In this document: piece after piece, positions 33,201 to 48,200 of the stretch | Numbering within the stretch: position 1 is the first letter of the stretch | How the letters are laid out: each line of letters starts with the position of its first letter | DNA from: Priapulus caudatus | Taxonomy: Eukaryota | Assembly (NCBI RefSeq): GCF_000485595.1 | Contig: NW_014577089.1 | Coordinates: 357,055 to 421,054, forward strand | Direction of reading: 5' to 3' | DNA length: 64,000 nucleotides | Program-made: the position numbers and the translations under genes | The notes under the pieces: model-generated | What the model saw: the letters and a program-made list of their open reading frames with translations, nothing else | What the model was told of the DNA's origin: nothing | Databases searched by the model: none

Positions 33201-36200
33201 CGCGCAATCCCCTCACAGTGATATCCAATACGTTTCTGTTCCCTTCTTTGCGTTCTGGAAACCCCGATTAACATTAGTTACTTTCAGCTGACCTAGTTAA
33301 ACACACAATCCCTCCCCTTGCAACGAAGAGAGTCAATTTGACCTTGCAATTCAAATAGAAACCAAATTTACTTAACGAAGTTGTAACACCTGGAAAAATA
33401 TAGCAATCCACGGTCTGTGTCTAATAATAAAGTGAAATCAACATAGGTTTGTCAGGACTTTGTTATGAAAATAACCTCCTCCATTCCTGTAAACTGTATT
33501 CCTAATCCTTATAACACGAGTCATACCAAACTAGCATAACACGCTCTATGTCGCCTTATATCAGTCAACTAAGCAATCCAGACTCTACCAAATCTCAAAA
33601 CAACCACAAACCGGATAACTCAACTTATAACTCTATACTGTAACTTGTACAACTACTAAACAAACGCGTACTTAGTCAGAATTGCTAACACGTAGTAAGA
33701 TAGTCACACAACAGATCAAAATTAAACAGAACTATTCATATTCGTAGACGACTAATAGTTCGAATCGTTACTCTACAGAATATCGCTCCTTCAAACAAGT
33801 ACTAGATATTTTGATATATACAGTAATACTATGATATATACAAGAGCTATAAACCCGCTCGAGTGTACAAACCGAAAAACGGGAAAATAGTCGCATTCAC
33901 GGCAATATCTATTTCTACTGAGCGTCCATGGGGAGGCATGATACGCCGCAAATAAAGTCGGCCAACGAGTACTCGTAGAAACAAGCGGTTGGTCTTATTT
34001 AAGAGCAACGAATGCTGCTTAAGCCGGACACAGGCTAGGCGATCTAGATCGCCGTTCTACCACCTGACGGCGAAGTGCGCGCGGGCCCGTACCGTGCGTG
34101 TCATAAGTGTGTGCGGGTGGTGCAGGTACCTGTGCGTAGCGTTGCGGTGCATGTTACACAGTGCGGCAACGCGTGGTGTGCGTGCGTGGCATGTACCTGC
34201 GTGCGTGGCTGTGCACGTACAAGTCGGTGCAAAGTGTGTGCGGCGCGCAACGCTGCGTGCGTGCGTGTGGCACGTACATCTCGTCATAAGTGTGTGCTGC
34301 GTGGCAGGAACACGTTCGTCATAAGTTGTGCGTGCGGTGCAGGTAGCACGTTCCGTGCTAGGTGTGCGTCCGAGGTGTGCACCCGTACACGTCCTGTCTG
34401 CGTGCGTGTGCACGTAGCACTGTGCGTGCAGAAGTTGGGCCGTTGCCGTGCACGTACACGTGCGTGCATAAATGAGTGGCCGTCGCGTGCTGCACGTACA
34501 CGTGCGTGCATAACTGTGTGCGTGCGTATGTGCACGTACAGTGCTGCATACGTGTGCTGTGCAGGACACGTGTGTGCCGGCGATGTGTGTGCTAGGTACC
34601 GGTGCGTGGCGTCATACGTGGCGTGCGTTGCACGTACACGTGCGTGCATGAGTGTGCGGCGTGGGTACGTACCGGAATAGGCGTTCGTCGTATCGGCGGT
34701 GCATGTACACGTGATTGCGTGCGGTGCAGGTAGCACTGTGTGGGCGTGCGTGCGACGTGCGGTTGCAGGTACGTGCGTGCGTCGTGCGTGTTGGTGTGCA
34801 CGTACACTGCGGCAGATGTGTGCGGGGTGTGTACTTACACGTCGTGCGTGCGTGCATGAAACATCGCTATTGACGTCAGTATCATGCACAGCTCTGGTTG
34901 GCGATGAATTGTACAATCGCGCGATTTCATCGCCGGCCCCCGGCCCGGACACACTCGGCATTAAATCGGCGCCAAAACGCTCCGATATATCACACGTTTT
35001 GATCTTATGCGATCGAAATCGTCGACGCAACTTGGGCGATCTAAAATCGCGGCGATTGAGTGGAACCTATCTAGGCGATTTCCACGGCGATTTGCGCCCG
35101 ATTTATCGCCTAGTGTGCCGGCCCTTTAAGCATACCAGAACTATCAGAACCGGCATAAACAAAGTATAATAAATATGGCCGTGAAATAGCACTATTTCCC
35201 CGTTGCATCACTCTAGGTATTTATTAGCTCCTAATAATATAATAATATTATATAATTTATATATAATATATCAAGAAGCGAATAAAGGCGAGCGTACAAA
35301 CGGTAAATATCTGAAACCAATGTGCAGTATTAGTAAGTGATGTCACGATCATGATTATACTCGATCATCCGTTGAAACAAGTGGGCTTCGAACAAGCGCT
35401 TGTTACAAAAATCCATAACGATTTTCCATCGAAAAAAACAAAATAGATATAGTTTTTAACACCACTGAACAAGAAAACTGAAAAGGTGAGATAGAATCAG
35501 AGATATCATCGCTACTATACAGTATCCTTGATTAACATACCATGATTAATACCACAGTAGTAAAGCAGTCGCAAAACAAACAGTAAACAGGGCTAAACAA
35601 GCAATCCTACATGCACACACTACATGCGCACGCTGCCGTTACGCACACCAGGCATTCAACACCGCCGAGTACGCCGAGTTAAGCCGATCATCGTTACTTG
35701 GTCCAACGATGATGCGATTACGAAATTACAACCGATGGACAACACTAAGTCATTACAGTCGAATTAATAAACTTCCCGTTTTTATTTGCCGATCTTTGCA
35801 TATTATGATCAGTCTTCCTACCTGTTCATATAAAAGAAACCACATGTGCCTACGATGCCCCTAACGCCTGAGATACTGAGCGTGGCAAATCTGGTATTTC
35901 GCCAGTGAGTGTTAACACGACCCCCACGGATTAAACACACGGCATGCCCACACGTCAAACGTGATCGAGATCAGTCAGTACTGTGACGTCTCTCGACCGT
36001 AAACTTCGTAAACCCGAGCATGTTTCCCGTCAATGATTCTGTTATGTTGCCGATAAGTGATGACCTCGCACCTGTGCCCGACCTCACGCCGACTATAGTA
36101 AACTCGTAGATGACGTAGAGTCGCAGCGCCACTCATGGCGCACACAGCGGAGACCGAGGAAGCAAGCACACGGCACATGCCGTACACTCCGCCACAATCA

Positions 36201-39200
36201 GAGACCGGTCACCAGTAAACTGACCTAATCTAGTTGGTGTTCGCGAAAATACCAGAATTCACCGCCATTTCCAGCGTAGGGCCATCGTAGGGACACTGCG
36301 GTTTGTTTTATATGACAAGTAGGACAGCTGATCAGTAATACTGCAAGAATCGTCCAAAATAACACGGGAAAGTTATTAATCACTAATACTGGGCAACATG
36401 TTCAAGCCATTTACCGTGACGCCTCGCTTCTTATATCTCTTGAATCATATTATACAATACTGAATATATGCTGAATCTAAATGTCAGCGAGTCCAAGAAG
36501 TCGCCAGAATGCATCTCGAGCTCTAAAATCAAAACGCAGAACCCCCCCCCCCCCACCCTCCCCGCAAAGGCAAAAATTTTGCCACTGCGTAGCGTCAGCG
36601 CGCACTCAGCAAAGTAAGGCTGGGAAGATATTTTGAATGCAGTAGATTTCCCAAGGTCACTACCCTGCTGCTAGTGAACATTTAGTTAGTTCTAAGCCCT
36701 GTCTGCCCACATTGATCTCACGAATACTGTGCCATAATTAAAAAATATGTTTTCCTCACCCGACCGCCATTCCATAAAGGGGCCAGCTCATAACATTTTT
36801 AGCTCACCTTGACATCTCAGTTGAGCTATTAGCCATGCGGTGCCGTCGTCCGTCGTGACGCCTCCGTCAACATTTGGTTTCGTCAACGATAAACTCAGAA
36901 CCCGTTTGGATCGGCCACAGTTTTGAAATTAGGTGTAGTTTTACTTACTAATGCTCCATAAGGCACGTCGCCTAGTTTGACAGCACGCCAGTTCGAATCG
37001 TACTTTCGATGCCACTGCAATTTTTTGGCAAAAATGAGATTGCCCATTAGCAGTTCAGGTTCAACGGATTTGCTCAGTTTGGTATGTAAATAAGGCCCAG
37101 GGGTTTGATATTTAAAAAAAATTTATTCAAATCTAGGTAGGTTCTGGCAATTATATAGCATATTATATAAACACCACCCCAATTCCTGTGGTGTCACACT
37201 CGTCTGTTCGTACAGATTCATGACAATATCTTATAATGCAAAATGTATTTCTGCTCCACCCTGCTGAATAAAAGTCTATATAGAGTAAAGATTACAACAC
37301 ATGTCGGAACGCAGCCAATAACCATTATTTTCAAGGCACATCGCTAGCCATACACAGGTATAGCCCATCTACGGTCACCAAATGGGATCATGTTGTTTAA
37401 ATAGTTATGCGTAACGAGCAATCGTTTCTATAATGTAGTCGATGGTGCTCATTAACAACGGACTTCTCTTACTCATCATTGGTCTTTTGAGTGACAACAG
37501 CATTGACACCTTATCTATTGATCTTTCCCATTCATTTTTTTTTACCAATTTAATCACTGTACATTATATAAACTGTCAGGCAATACAATTATAATGTAGC
37601 CAGAAGTTAAAACAAACATTCAACATTAAAGGTATACTCCACATCAAGCACCCCCGAGCAGCGGACAGCCCTACCTGAATTTGTAGAAAGACCACCCCTT
37701 CAAAAAAAGCAGCCTACCTACCTGCCCAAAACTTCAGCGCTGGTCGGGTGAGGGCAAACAATATGTTTTTTCATTGGGCTCCTGTTGCAAGTATCATCCT
37801 AATGTGTGGAGCAGTTTGATAAATTCGTAGAGTTACCCAGCTGACATTTACTTTTGGTCCCTGAGAATTTCTAGCTTAGTTTTCCTTGTATAATCCCACC
37901 GTCATTTGGCAATTTCTTGTATCCTTCTGTATCTTGAGCAAATAGTACAAAAAGAATTTTTAAGTTATATTGTCGACACGACGAAGTCTTAAAATTTTCT
38001 TGTCTGGGAAACATCGTGTAACAGTTAACGAATAAATATGTGAAAGTTTATAACTGAGTGATGTACCATCCATCGATTATGACTCGATCATCGTTGAAAG
38101 TGGCTCGAAACCAAGGCTTGGTTATCAAAATCCATAACGATTTCATCGGCAAAAAAAAATAATTTGAACACGAAAACTGAAAAGTGATGAGAATCATACA
38201 TGTATAACACACAGAATAAACAGTGCAAAACCAACAGTAAACAGGGCTAAACAAGGCACATACAGCACCGCCGTTACCGCACCGCAGAATTCAACACCCC
38301 GAGTACGCGATGTAACGATCAATCGTTCCTTGGGTCAACCGATACGATTACGAATTACAACCGATTGACAAGNNNNNNNNNNCTAATACTGCAACATGGT
38401 TTCAGCATTTTACCGTTGTACGCTCTCCTTCTTTATATGCTCTTGATATATATATATATATATACTGAATATATGCTGAATCTAAATGTTCACAGTCAAG
38501 GAATTTCGCAGAATGCATCTCGGAGCGTCTAAAATCAAAACCCAGATACACCCCCCCCCCCACCCTCCCGCAAATGGCAAAATTTTGCTCACTGCGTAGC
38601 GTCAGCGCTGCACTTCAGAAAGTAAGGGCTGGGAGATATTTTGAAGGGCTAGTAGATTTTACAGGTCACTAACCCTGCTGGCTAGTGAACATTTTAGGTT
38701 AGTTTCAAGCCCTGTGCTGCCCACATTTGATCTCACAATACCCTGGGCCATGATAAAAATATTGTTTGTCCTCACCCGACCGACCCACCATAAAGGGGCC
38801 AGCTCAAACATTTTTAGCTCACCTTGACATCGTCAAGTTGAGCTATTGCCATGGGTCGTCGTCCGTCGTACGTCCGTCCGTCAACATTTGGTTTCGGTCA
38901 ACGATAACTCAGGAACCGTTTGACCCACATGTTTGAAATTAGGTGTAGTTGTTACTACTATGCTCCCATATGGAACGTCCTATTTTGAAGCACGCCAGTC
39001 GACGTACTTTCGAGCCACGGCAATTTTTTGGCAAAAATGGGAATTGCCATTAGTCAGTTCAGGTTCAACGGATTTTGCTCATTTTTGGTATGTGAATGAA
39101 TAAGGGCCAGGGGTTTTGATATTTAAAAAAAATTTATTCAAATTAGGTAGGGTTTGGCAATTATATAGCATATTATATAAACACAAACAGTCTGTGGTGT

Positions 39201-42200
39201 CACACTCGTCTGGTTCGTTTTACAAGATTTCATTGACAATATCTTTAATGCAAAATTGGTATTTCCTCTCCACCCTGCTGATAAAACGTCTATATTAGAG
39301 TAAAGATTTACAAAACATGTCGGAACGCAGCATAACCTATTTATTTCAAGCGCCATCGCTACAAAGCAGGTATAGCACCATCTACGGTCACAAATTGTGA
39401 TTCATTTTGGTTTATAAATTATTATTGCGATATACAGATGGCAATCGTTTCTATAATGTACGTCGATGGTTGCTCAATTAAAACTGACTTCTTCTTACTC
39501 ACTCATTTGTGTCCTTTTTTGTAGTGAGCTACAGTGTCATTGACACTTTCATTATTGATCTTTCCCATTCTTTTTTTTTACAATTTGTATCACTGTACAT
39601 TATATAAATCTGTAGGCAATACATTATATGTACCAAGTAAAACAAACATTCAACATTAAAGGTATCTCCACACAAGCACACCCGAGCATGTCGACACCAC
39701 GCTGAATTTGTAGAAAGACCCCCTTCAAAAAAAGAAGCCTACCTACCTGCCCAAACTTTTCAGCCTGGGTCGGGTGAGGGCAAACAAATATTTTTTTAAT
39801 TGTGGCCCTGTTTTCAAGTATCATATTATATGTGTGGAGCAGGTTGATAAATTCGTAGAGTTACCAGCTGACATTTACTTTTGGTCCTGAGAATTTCTAG
39901 CTTAGTTTTCCTTGTATACCCACCTCATTTCGGCATTTTCTTGTAATCTTCTGTATTCATTGAGCACAATAGTTACAAAAGATTTTTAAGTTATGTTTAA
40001 GATTATGTTTCGAGACGACGAAGTCTTAAAATTTTTCTTGTCTGGGAAAACATCGTGTAACAGTTAACGAATAAATATGTGAAAGTTTATAACTGAGTGA
40101 TGTACCATCCATCGATTATGACTCGATCATCGTTGAAAGTGGCTCGAAACCAAGGCTTGGTTATCAAAATCCATAACGATTTCATCGGCAAAAAAAAATA
40201 ATTTGAACACGAAAACTGAAAAGTGATGAGAATCATACATGTATAACACACAGAATAAACAGTGCAAAACCAACAGTAAACAGGGCTAAACAAGGCACAT
40301 ACAGCACCGCCGTTACCGCACCGCAGAATTCAACACCCCGAGTACGCGATGTAACGATCAATCGTTCCTTGGGTCAACCGATACGATTACGAATTACAAC
40401 CGATTGACAAGNNNNNNNNNNNNNNNNNNNNNNNNNGTGTTACGTTACACGTGCTGCGGGTGCAGTACATGTGTGCGTGTTGTGTGAACGTACACGTGGC
40501 GTTCGTGCGTGCGTGCGTGTGAACGTACACGTGCGTGCCTGGCGTGCGGTGCGTGCGTGCGTGCGTGCGTAGTGCACATTTACCTGCGTGCATGGCGTAA
40601 CGTGGCCTGCGTGCGGTGCACGTTACCTGCGTGCATGCGTGCGAGTGGCAGGGTACATCGTTCGTTTGTGTGCGTGTGGCAGGTACACGGTGTGTGCGTA
40701 CGTACGTGCGTGGCCGTTGCAGTGTGCATGTACACGTGCCGTGCAATGGCGGTGCGTGCAGTGTGCACGTACACCGTGCGTGCAAGCGTGCGTGCGGTGT
40801 GCACGTACACGTGCGTGCATAAATGCGTGGCGTGCGTGTGCAGGTACACGTTCGTGGCATAAGTGCGTGCGTGCGTGTGCAGGTACTACGTTCGTGCATA
40901 AATGCGTGCGTGCGTGTTGCAGGTACACTTCGTGGCATAAGTGTGTGCTGTGCGTGGCGGCAGGTAACAACGTTCGTGCATAAGTGTGTGCGTAGCGTGT
41001 GCAGGTAGCACGTCTCGTGCATCAAGTGTGTGCGTGGCGTGTGGCAAGGTAGCACGTTCGTGCATAAGTGCTGTGCGTGCGTGTGCAGGTAGCAGCGTTC
41101 GTGCATAAGTGTGTGCGTGGCGTGGTGCACGTACACGTGCGTGGGCATAAAGTGCGTGCGTGCGTAGTGCAAGGTACACGTTCTGCATAACTGCATTGCG
41201 TGCGTGTGCAGGTACACGTTTCGTGCATAAGTGCGTGCGTGCGCGTGTGCGGTGCGGTGCAGGTACACCGTTCGTGCATAATTGCGTGCGTCGCGTGTGT
41301 GTCAACGCGGGTCGAAATTAGCGGTATCCCGATAATCCGCGGGATACAATTCTTGTGGCGGGGATATCCGAAGATTCAATGCTTGGGTATCCGCGCCGGG
41401 ATACGTACAAAAAAAATCGTCCATAATCGGGATAGTGGTTGTTGAGTTATCAACTTTATACGTCCAGCGCATCTGAGCGAGTGCGAGAGCGCGAAGTGCG
41501 CACCCTTAGTTACTAATTTTACTAATTCACACTACGTTTTATAACAGCAGCAATAGCAATATTTGGCAAGCGCAAGGCGTGGCGATTGTTGATCATAAAA
41601 TTGTGAACAGTGTGTATACATTGTATCAAAATGATTGTACAAGCGAACCAGACAATGCGTCAGACAATAGTCGCAGTGTTAACTGTGGAGCGTATGATAT
41701 AGATGCAATAGATATATAATATACACAACAACCTGTGTTGTATATAATATCTATGGTAAAAATGAATATACTCGCGAATGCACTCAGCCGCACTAATGAT
41801 TAGACGCGGGAGCGAAGATTTTAATATAAATAATTACATTACAATATTAATAATTTTCAAATGCTATTATTGCATATTATCAAGATGTTTGATACCAACA
41901 ATGTGGAAATTACTATCCAAAATAAAATCCGGGATACAAGATCTTTTGGGGGATACCGAGATTTCAATAGCCTGGTTAAATCCCGAATGGATACCATATG
42001 ATAAAAGTCTTTTAATTTATTTTTTTTTTTTTTTTTTTTTTGGTTAGTTTGTTTTTTTTTTATCTAATTTCGACCCCGTGGTGCACGTAACACGTTCGTG
42101 CATAACGTGTGTGCGTGCGTGTGCAGGTACACGTCAGGGGAAAAAATACACGGGGCGGCGGGCGATTCGCCCCGAATGCCAAATAGAGCCCCCGAAAATA

Positions 42201-45200
42201 GCGATATCGGGGGCGACCCCAAAGCAAAAGTCGCCGGAAATCGATTGTCCAGGTCGTCCCGCGCACTTTGCCGATTCTTCGGCTCGGCTCTCTGCCGACT
42301 AGCGGCATGCCCGGTTCCACGGCGCGTACAATTCCTGGTAACGGTGTGGCTGTCAAAGTGGTTTATAAATTAAGCTATGCATGTTGTATTGCATTCAATT
42401 CAAGCGCGGCCCGCCGGCCGCCCGCGCGTAATATACGGTGTGCCTGTCACATGCTTGCGTGTGTGCGCTAGCGCGCGTCGTGCGTGCGCGGTGTGCCTCA
42501 GGCGTGCTTGCGATGTGGTGCCTGCGCGCTCGTGCGTGCTGGCCAGTGCCTGCGTGCGCGTGCGTGCCCTTGCGCGCGTGCGTGCCTGCATGCGCCGTGC
42601 GTGTGTGCGGTGTGTGCCGGGCCGGGCGTGCTAACGTAGACCGTAGGATTATATAACGTAACCATGGAAAATCCTCAAATGAAAATTCACACGTATATTT
42701 TTCCCTGGCGGCAACACTCGTGTTAATTCCGATGTTTAGCTTTTTTTGTCAATTCCCCGAAAGAGTTTCTGACGCTCTCTCAAGTCCAGCAATCCAACCT
42801 CTAAATTTTGAACCGTAGTGATTAGCTACCACGCTGAAAACAATCGTGCCCTCCCCCCCATACTTCATCAATGCCGCCCGGCGCCAGCAGCACAGTACGC
42901 AAGCGTCGATGTGCACAGCCATTCACGACGTCCTCGCGGCTGCTTTCTCAACCCACCTGAAGCTGCCAGGGCCCTTACGCGGGCTTGGACCCCAGCCGCC
43001 AAGATCTTCGCCGCTAAAAACAATCGATCCGTCCTAAAGCTGTACAGGCGGACATTCCACTATTTGGGCTAGCCGTAATAGTTCTGTGTTTACTGAAGCC
43101 TGTGATGTATTCACTATTCAAGTGCTAGTTTGTGGTTGTGACATTGTGAGTTGGATTATCAATTTAGTTCTGTCAGTCTGCATGAATAACTGTCTTGAAT
43201 ATTGACTTGTTGGTGTGTGTGTGTGTGTGTGTGTCTGTTGTGTGTGTGTGTGTGTGTGGTGTGTCCGCTGGTGTAGTGTGTGGTGCCGTGCGTTGCGTGC
43301 GTCCGTGCTGCGTGCGTAGCGTGCTGTGCGTGTGGACGTGATGGTGTGCGTGTGTGCGCGCTAGTGATCGTCAGATCATCGATTCATAACTCAGATCATC
43401 GCTTGAACCAGTGGCTCGAACAAGGCCCTTGTGTTATCAAAATCACTAATCGTTTAATTCGAAAAAATAAAAAAAAAAAAAATTTGTTTTTTGTTTTAAA
43501 TTTGAACAAGAAAACTTGGAAAAGTCATAAGAATATCAGTACATGTATTACTACACACAGTACGTAAAACAGTGCATAAACAACACGAGTAAAACGGCTA
43601 AACAAATCACATACAGGCAACACGTACATGCATCACGACGTTACGTCACACGTCAGGCAGCATTCAAAGAATCCGATAACGCGATTGTAACTGAATCATC
43701 GTTACTTGGCGTCAACTCGGCATGATCCGATTACGAAATTACAACCGATTGACAACACTAGTGCGCGGCCCCACGAGTCGTGTATTAGCTACTGTGCTTG
43801 TGTGTACATTTGAGGAACAGCCCTGGAAAAAAGTCGCCCTGGAAAGTGGAAAAAAGAGCCCTGGAAAATGAAAAGTGAGACCCCACGAAATTGGGGGGGT
43901 TTGGCAAAAAGAGCCCGGAAAGAAAAAAATTATTTTTTCACTTGGTACACGTGCGTGCATAAGTGTGTGGCACACGTCCACGTGAGTGCAGTGCGTTGCG
44001 TCTGTGGCGTGCGTGGTGTGCAGGTACACGTGCGTGCATAAGTGTGTCGTGCACGTACACGAGATGCATAGTGCTAGCGGGTGCGTTGTGCAGTACACAG
44101 TGCGGTGCGTGTGGGCACGGTACACGCTTGTGTGCGTGCCGTAACGTGCGTGTGTGTGCAGGTACCGGTTGCGTCGTGTGCACGTACACTGCTGTGCGTG
44201 CGTGTGTACACACGCGTTCGTGTTACGTACCGTTCGTGTTACGTGACGTTCTGGTAAACGTTCTGTGAGTACATCGTTGCGTGCGTGCGTCATCGCTATT
44301 TCAAATGACATGACATACTAAACATGAAACATCGCTATTACGTCAGTATCATTGAAACAGCTCTGGTTGGCTGATGAATTGTACAATCAGGCGATTTCAT
44401 CGCCGGCCCCGGACACACTAGGCGATTAAATCGGCCGACAAAATCGCCCGATAATATCAAAACGTTTTGATCTATGCGATGAAATCGTCGACGAAATTGG
44501 GCGACTAAATCGCGGCGATTGAGTGAAACATCTATGCGATTTCACGGCGATTTGTCGCCTAGTGTGTCCGGTCCTTTAATCAATACCATGAACTTAGCTA
44601 GAACCGCATAAACAAAGTTAATAATATGCTGTGAAATAGCACTATTTTCCGTTGCACACACTAGGTATTTATTAGCTGCTTTAATATATATATTATATAT
44701 ATATATATATCAAGAGCATATAAAGGAGAGCGTACAACGGTAAAATGCTGAAACCATGTTGCAGTATTAGTAGTGATGTCACGATCATCGATTATACTCG
44801 ATCATCGGTTGAACAGTGGCTCGAACCAAGCGCTTGGTTATCAAAATCCATAATCGATTTCATCGAAAAAAAACAAAAATAATATATATTTTTTTAACAC
44901 TTGAACAAGAAAACTTGGAAAAGTGATGAGATTAGAATCAGAGATATCATCGCTACTATACAAGTTATCCTTTATTAACATACATGTATTATACACACAG
45001 TAGTAAACAGTGCAAAACAAAACAGTAAACAGGGCTAAACAAGCACATACATGCACACGCCCGACGTTAGACGCACGCAGAATTCAACACCCCGAGTAAC
45101 GCGATTGTAACCGATCATCGTTACTGTGCGTCCAACGATGATCGATTACGAAATTACAACCGATTGACAACACTATGTGTAACAAGCTTACATTTAATTG

Positions 45201-48200
45201 TGTTTCAGCAGTTCCTCCTGATCTGGGGAAACATCGTTAATAAATAAATATATGAAAGTATAACAAGCTCGCATTTTCGTCGTATGCTTCAGCACTCAGT
45301 TGCTGTGACTGCCGGAGGTCAGGCATCCTCGTCATTTCAACCATCATTTGGTGTTGGCGGTGCTCCTACGAGCAGTTTCGGCCCATTTGGTGGACTTCCG
45401 TACCAGTATCCTGGACCAGGAGCTATAGGACAGCCTTCACATCAAGGGCTCCAGCCTTCCCAAAGACCACCATCAGAAGGTAATAATAGGGCTAGCTCAA
45501 TGATTATTATTCCTGTATTCAACTCTTTTTAAATCCGAGTGAAAAGCGAAAGTTGTACTCACTTCAACTTTTCTTTTTGCCAAGCTTGCTGGTTAGGATT
45601 GTAATATTGTAAATTCATGTTGGCTTAATTTCTTAATTTAATTTCAGAATAAATAGACACATTTGACTGATTTAAACACTTGTTTATATCAAAACTATAT
45701 AGTATTGGATAGGATTATGATATTCATATTTTGATTATTGGTTGAGTAGATATTAAATCTGTTTTAATTAGAAATAATTAACATGTTGAATCGTTGATAC
45801 ATGTTTATTTAGGCTCAAGATCGCTTACACCACCGATAAATCGTGCATCCCCAACTGTTGACCAGGGCGTGCAGGTTTGTTAGGCCACTGAATATTTAAA
45901 TAGCTAATACATATTGGTTAAATGTTACAAACTTCAATGAATTATTCTGAAGTACATGATTGATCTGAACAACATATGAAATTATGACATATGACTAACA
46001 AATAACAAGAACGTGTTATTAAGTAAATATTGTATCTTACAGGCGACAGAGCCATTGCAGAAACAGGACAGGAAAGCAGTTGGCACTCCAGTGATCCGTG
46101 GCCGGCAGTCGCCCAGCACACAGCATGGTGGTCATAAGCAGCATCTGCAACAGCAGCAACAACAACAGCAACAGAACTACAGCGGCGCCCATCAGCGGAG
46201 AGATAATCGAGACGGCCGGGACAATCGGGACAATCGGGAGAGAAGTCAGCAGAGTGAGAGGGGGCGTAGGCCTCCTGGACGTGGCGAAAGTACGTTTCAC
46301 TATGCTTCCACGCAACCTGAGGAATGTTTGTGTAGTTAATTACTTGACATAGTGCATATTGTGCCTAGGTACTAGCAGGAGGATTTATACTATTTATGAA
46401 TTGAGTGAGGCTTGCTTTCCCAATACCCAGCCCTGGAGACAATGTGGTTGGAAATGTTTTTCCCCAGTTTAGACGGCGTGTTGATCTAGGTTTGCAAAGG
46501 TTTGGTCTGTGGAAAAAATTGCAATATTATAAAAACTGAGGAAATGGAATGAGTACTACTCTAGGTCAAGGTTGCACTTTTCATATAAATGTGAACATGT
46601 CATTGTGGAAAGCTGAAAATATGTAATGACGCAAAAATAGTTGAGCATGACCTGTTGGGACTAAACATATAGTGCTTTGCTGTGATATTTTTCCCATGTA
46701 ACTGGTACATGTTATCTTGTGTTGTGCTATAGGTTATTCGCGTGGCAGAGGACGTGGAGGTAGAGGTCTCAGCGGCCGGCCTGGCCAACCAACTAAACCA
46801 AAGGACAGGATTAAGTTTGAAGGAGAATTCGATTTTGAAGCTGAAAATGCAAAGTTTCACAAGGAAGAACTGGAGGAGGAATTCCAGAAGCTGAAGCTCA
46901 GTACGTAGGATACAGAGCAGTGGGAAAAATACACGGGGGCTCGGGGCGATTTAGCCCCCGAAATGTCAAAAAGAGCCCCGGAAATGCTAAAAAAGAGCCC
47001 CCGGAAATTTGCATAGGGTTCAATGCAAACCAAATTTTAGAGTGCTATTTTCATGCACGCGAGCTTGAAAAGTAGCCCCCGAAAAATAAATTATATTTTT
47101 TTCCTTGGCATACAAACATACCTGTTTAAGCTTGCTCCTTCGTGTTTATACTGAAGGTTGTCATGGCAGTCACTTGCATCTCTTATAGTTGATAGGATAG
47201 CAGTTTGACCAACTGCAGTGTGTGCAACAATCAACTTGAGGACACTAGCCTAAAACAGTTATGCGCTGTAATTGAACAATCATTCATTCTATTGATTGTT
47301 TGGTAAACAGATTCACCATTGCCCGTCGCCGTTACTGAGAAGGTGGCATTGAACGGGGACGAGAAAAAGGAGAAGGAGGACTCCGGCAATGAAACGCAGG
47401 TGGATACCCATGAGGAGGATGATGCCATGTTTTATGACAAAACGAAGTCGTTCTTTGACACCATTAGCTGTGAGGCTACAGAGAGACTCAAAGGGTGCGA
47501 AAACAGTTTAGCTACTACCTAGCCGTTCATTATTTCTAATAATAACTTCTTGGTTTCATTTATAATCTGTACATAGATAATAAGTAGTGTGTTGAATTGA
47601 TCTATACTACCTCTGACCTAATACTGTCACTGTCTCTGTGATGATAACATAAATCAGTTCTGAGTGCGAAAGTGAATGACACCAATCACTTCAGTCTTCC
47701 TGAGAGGCAGTGTCCCCCATTTTAAGTGACTGAAAAGAAAACTACCGTATTTACTCGTGTATAAGTCGCACCCCCATATCTTGCTTAGAAATGTTGCTAC
47801 AAACATTGGTACATTAACAAAATTTCTTAGCCTCGTGTATAAGGTGCACCCCTGATTTTCAGCTCGCCTTGACATCGTCAAGATGAGCTATTGCCATCGG
47901 GTGTCCGTTCGTCCGACCGTCCGTCAACATTTGGCTACGGTCAACGATAACTCAAGAACCGTTTGACCCACATGTTTCAAATTGCATATAGTTGTTACTC
48001 CTATGGGAGAGGTTTGAACGTCCTATTTTGGAGCACGCCAGTCGACCTACTTTCGAGCCACGTCCACTTTTTGGCAAAAATGGAAATGGCCATTTAAGTC
48101 AGTTCAGGTTTAATGGATTTTGCTCATTTCTGGTATGTGAATGAATGAGGACTGGCCCCAAAACATCACACAGGTTTTGATTTTTTTTTAATCATGCAAA

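Noticed and set aside
33989..35169. Long Cys/Val/Arg- or His/Thr/Arg-rich ORFs (up to 248 aa), also at 40387-41305 and 43739-44311
   Set aside because: Translations of a GT/GC minisatellite that lacks stop codons; open on both strands, no domain or splice evidence.
36380..40411. Apparent 2-kb segmental tandem duplication
   Set aside because: One copy is indel-noisy and both end at N gaps with identical termini; better explained as an assembly artefact.
40437..41303. ~35-40-bp periodic array superficially like a CRISPR array
   Set aside because: No unique spacers, degenerate low-complexity units, eukaryotic intron, no cas genes.
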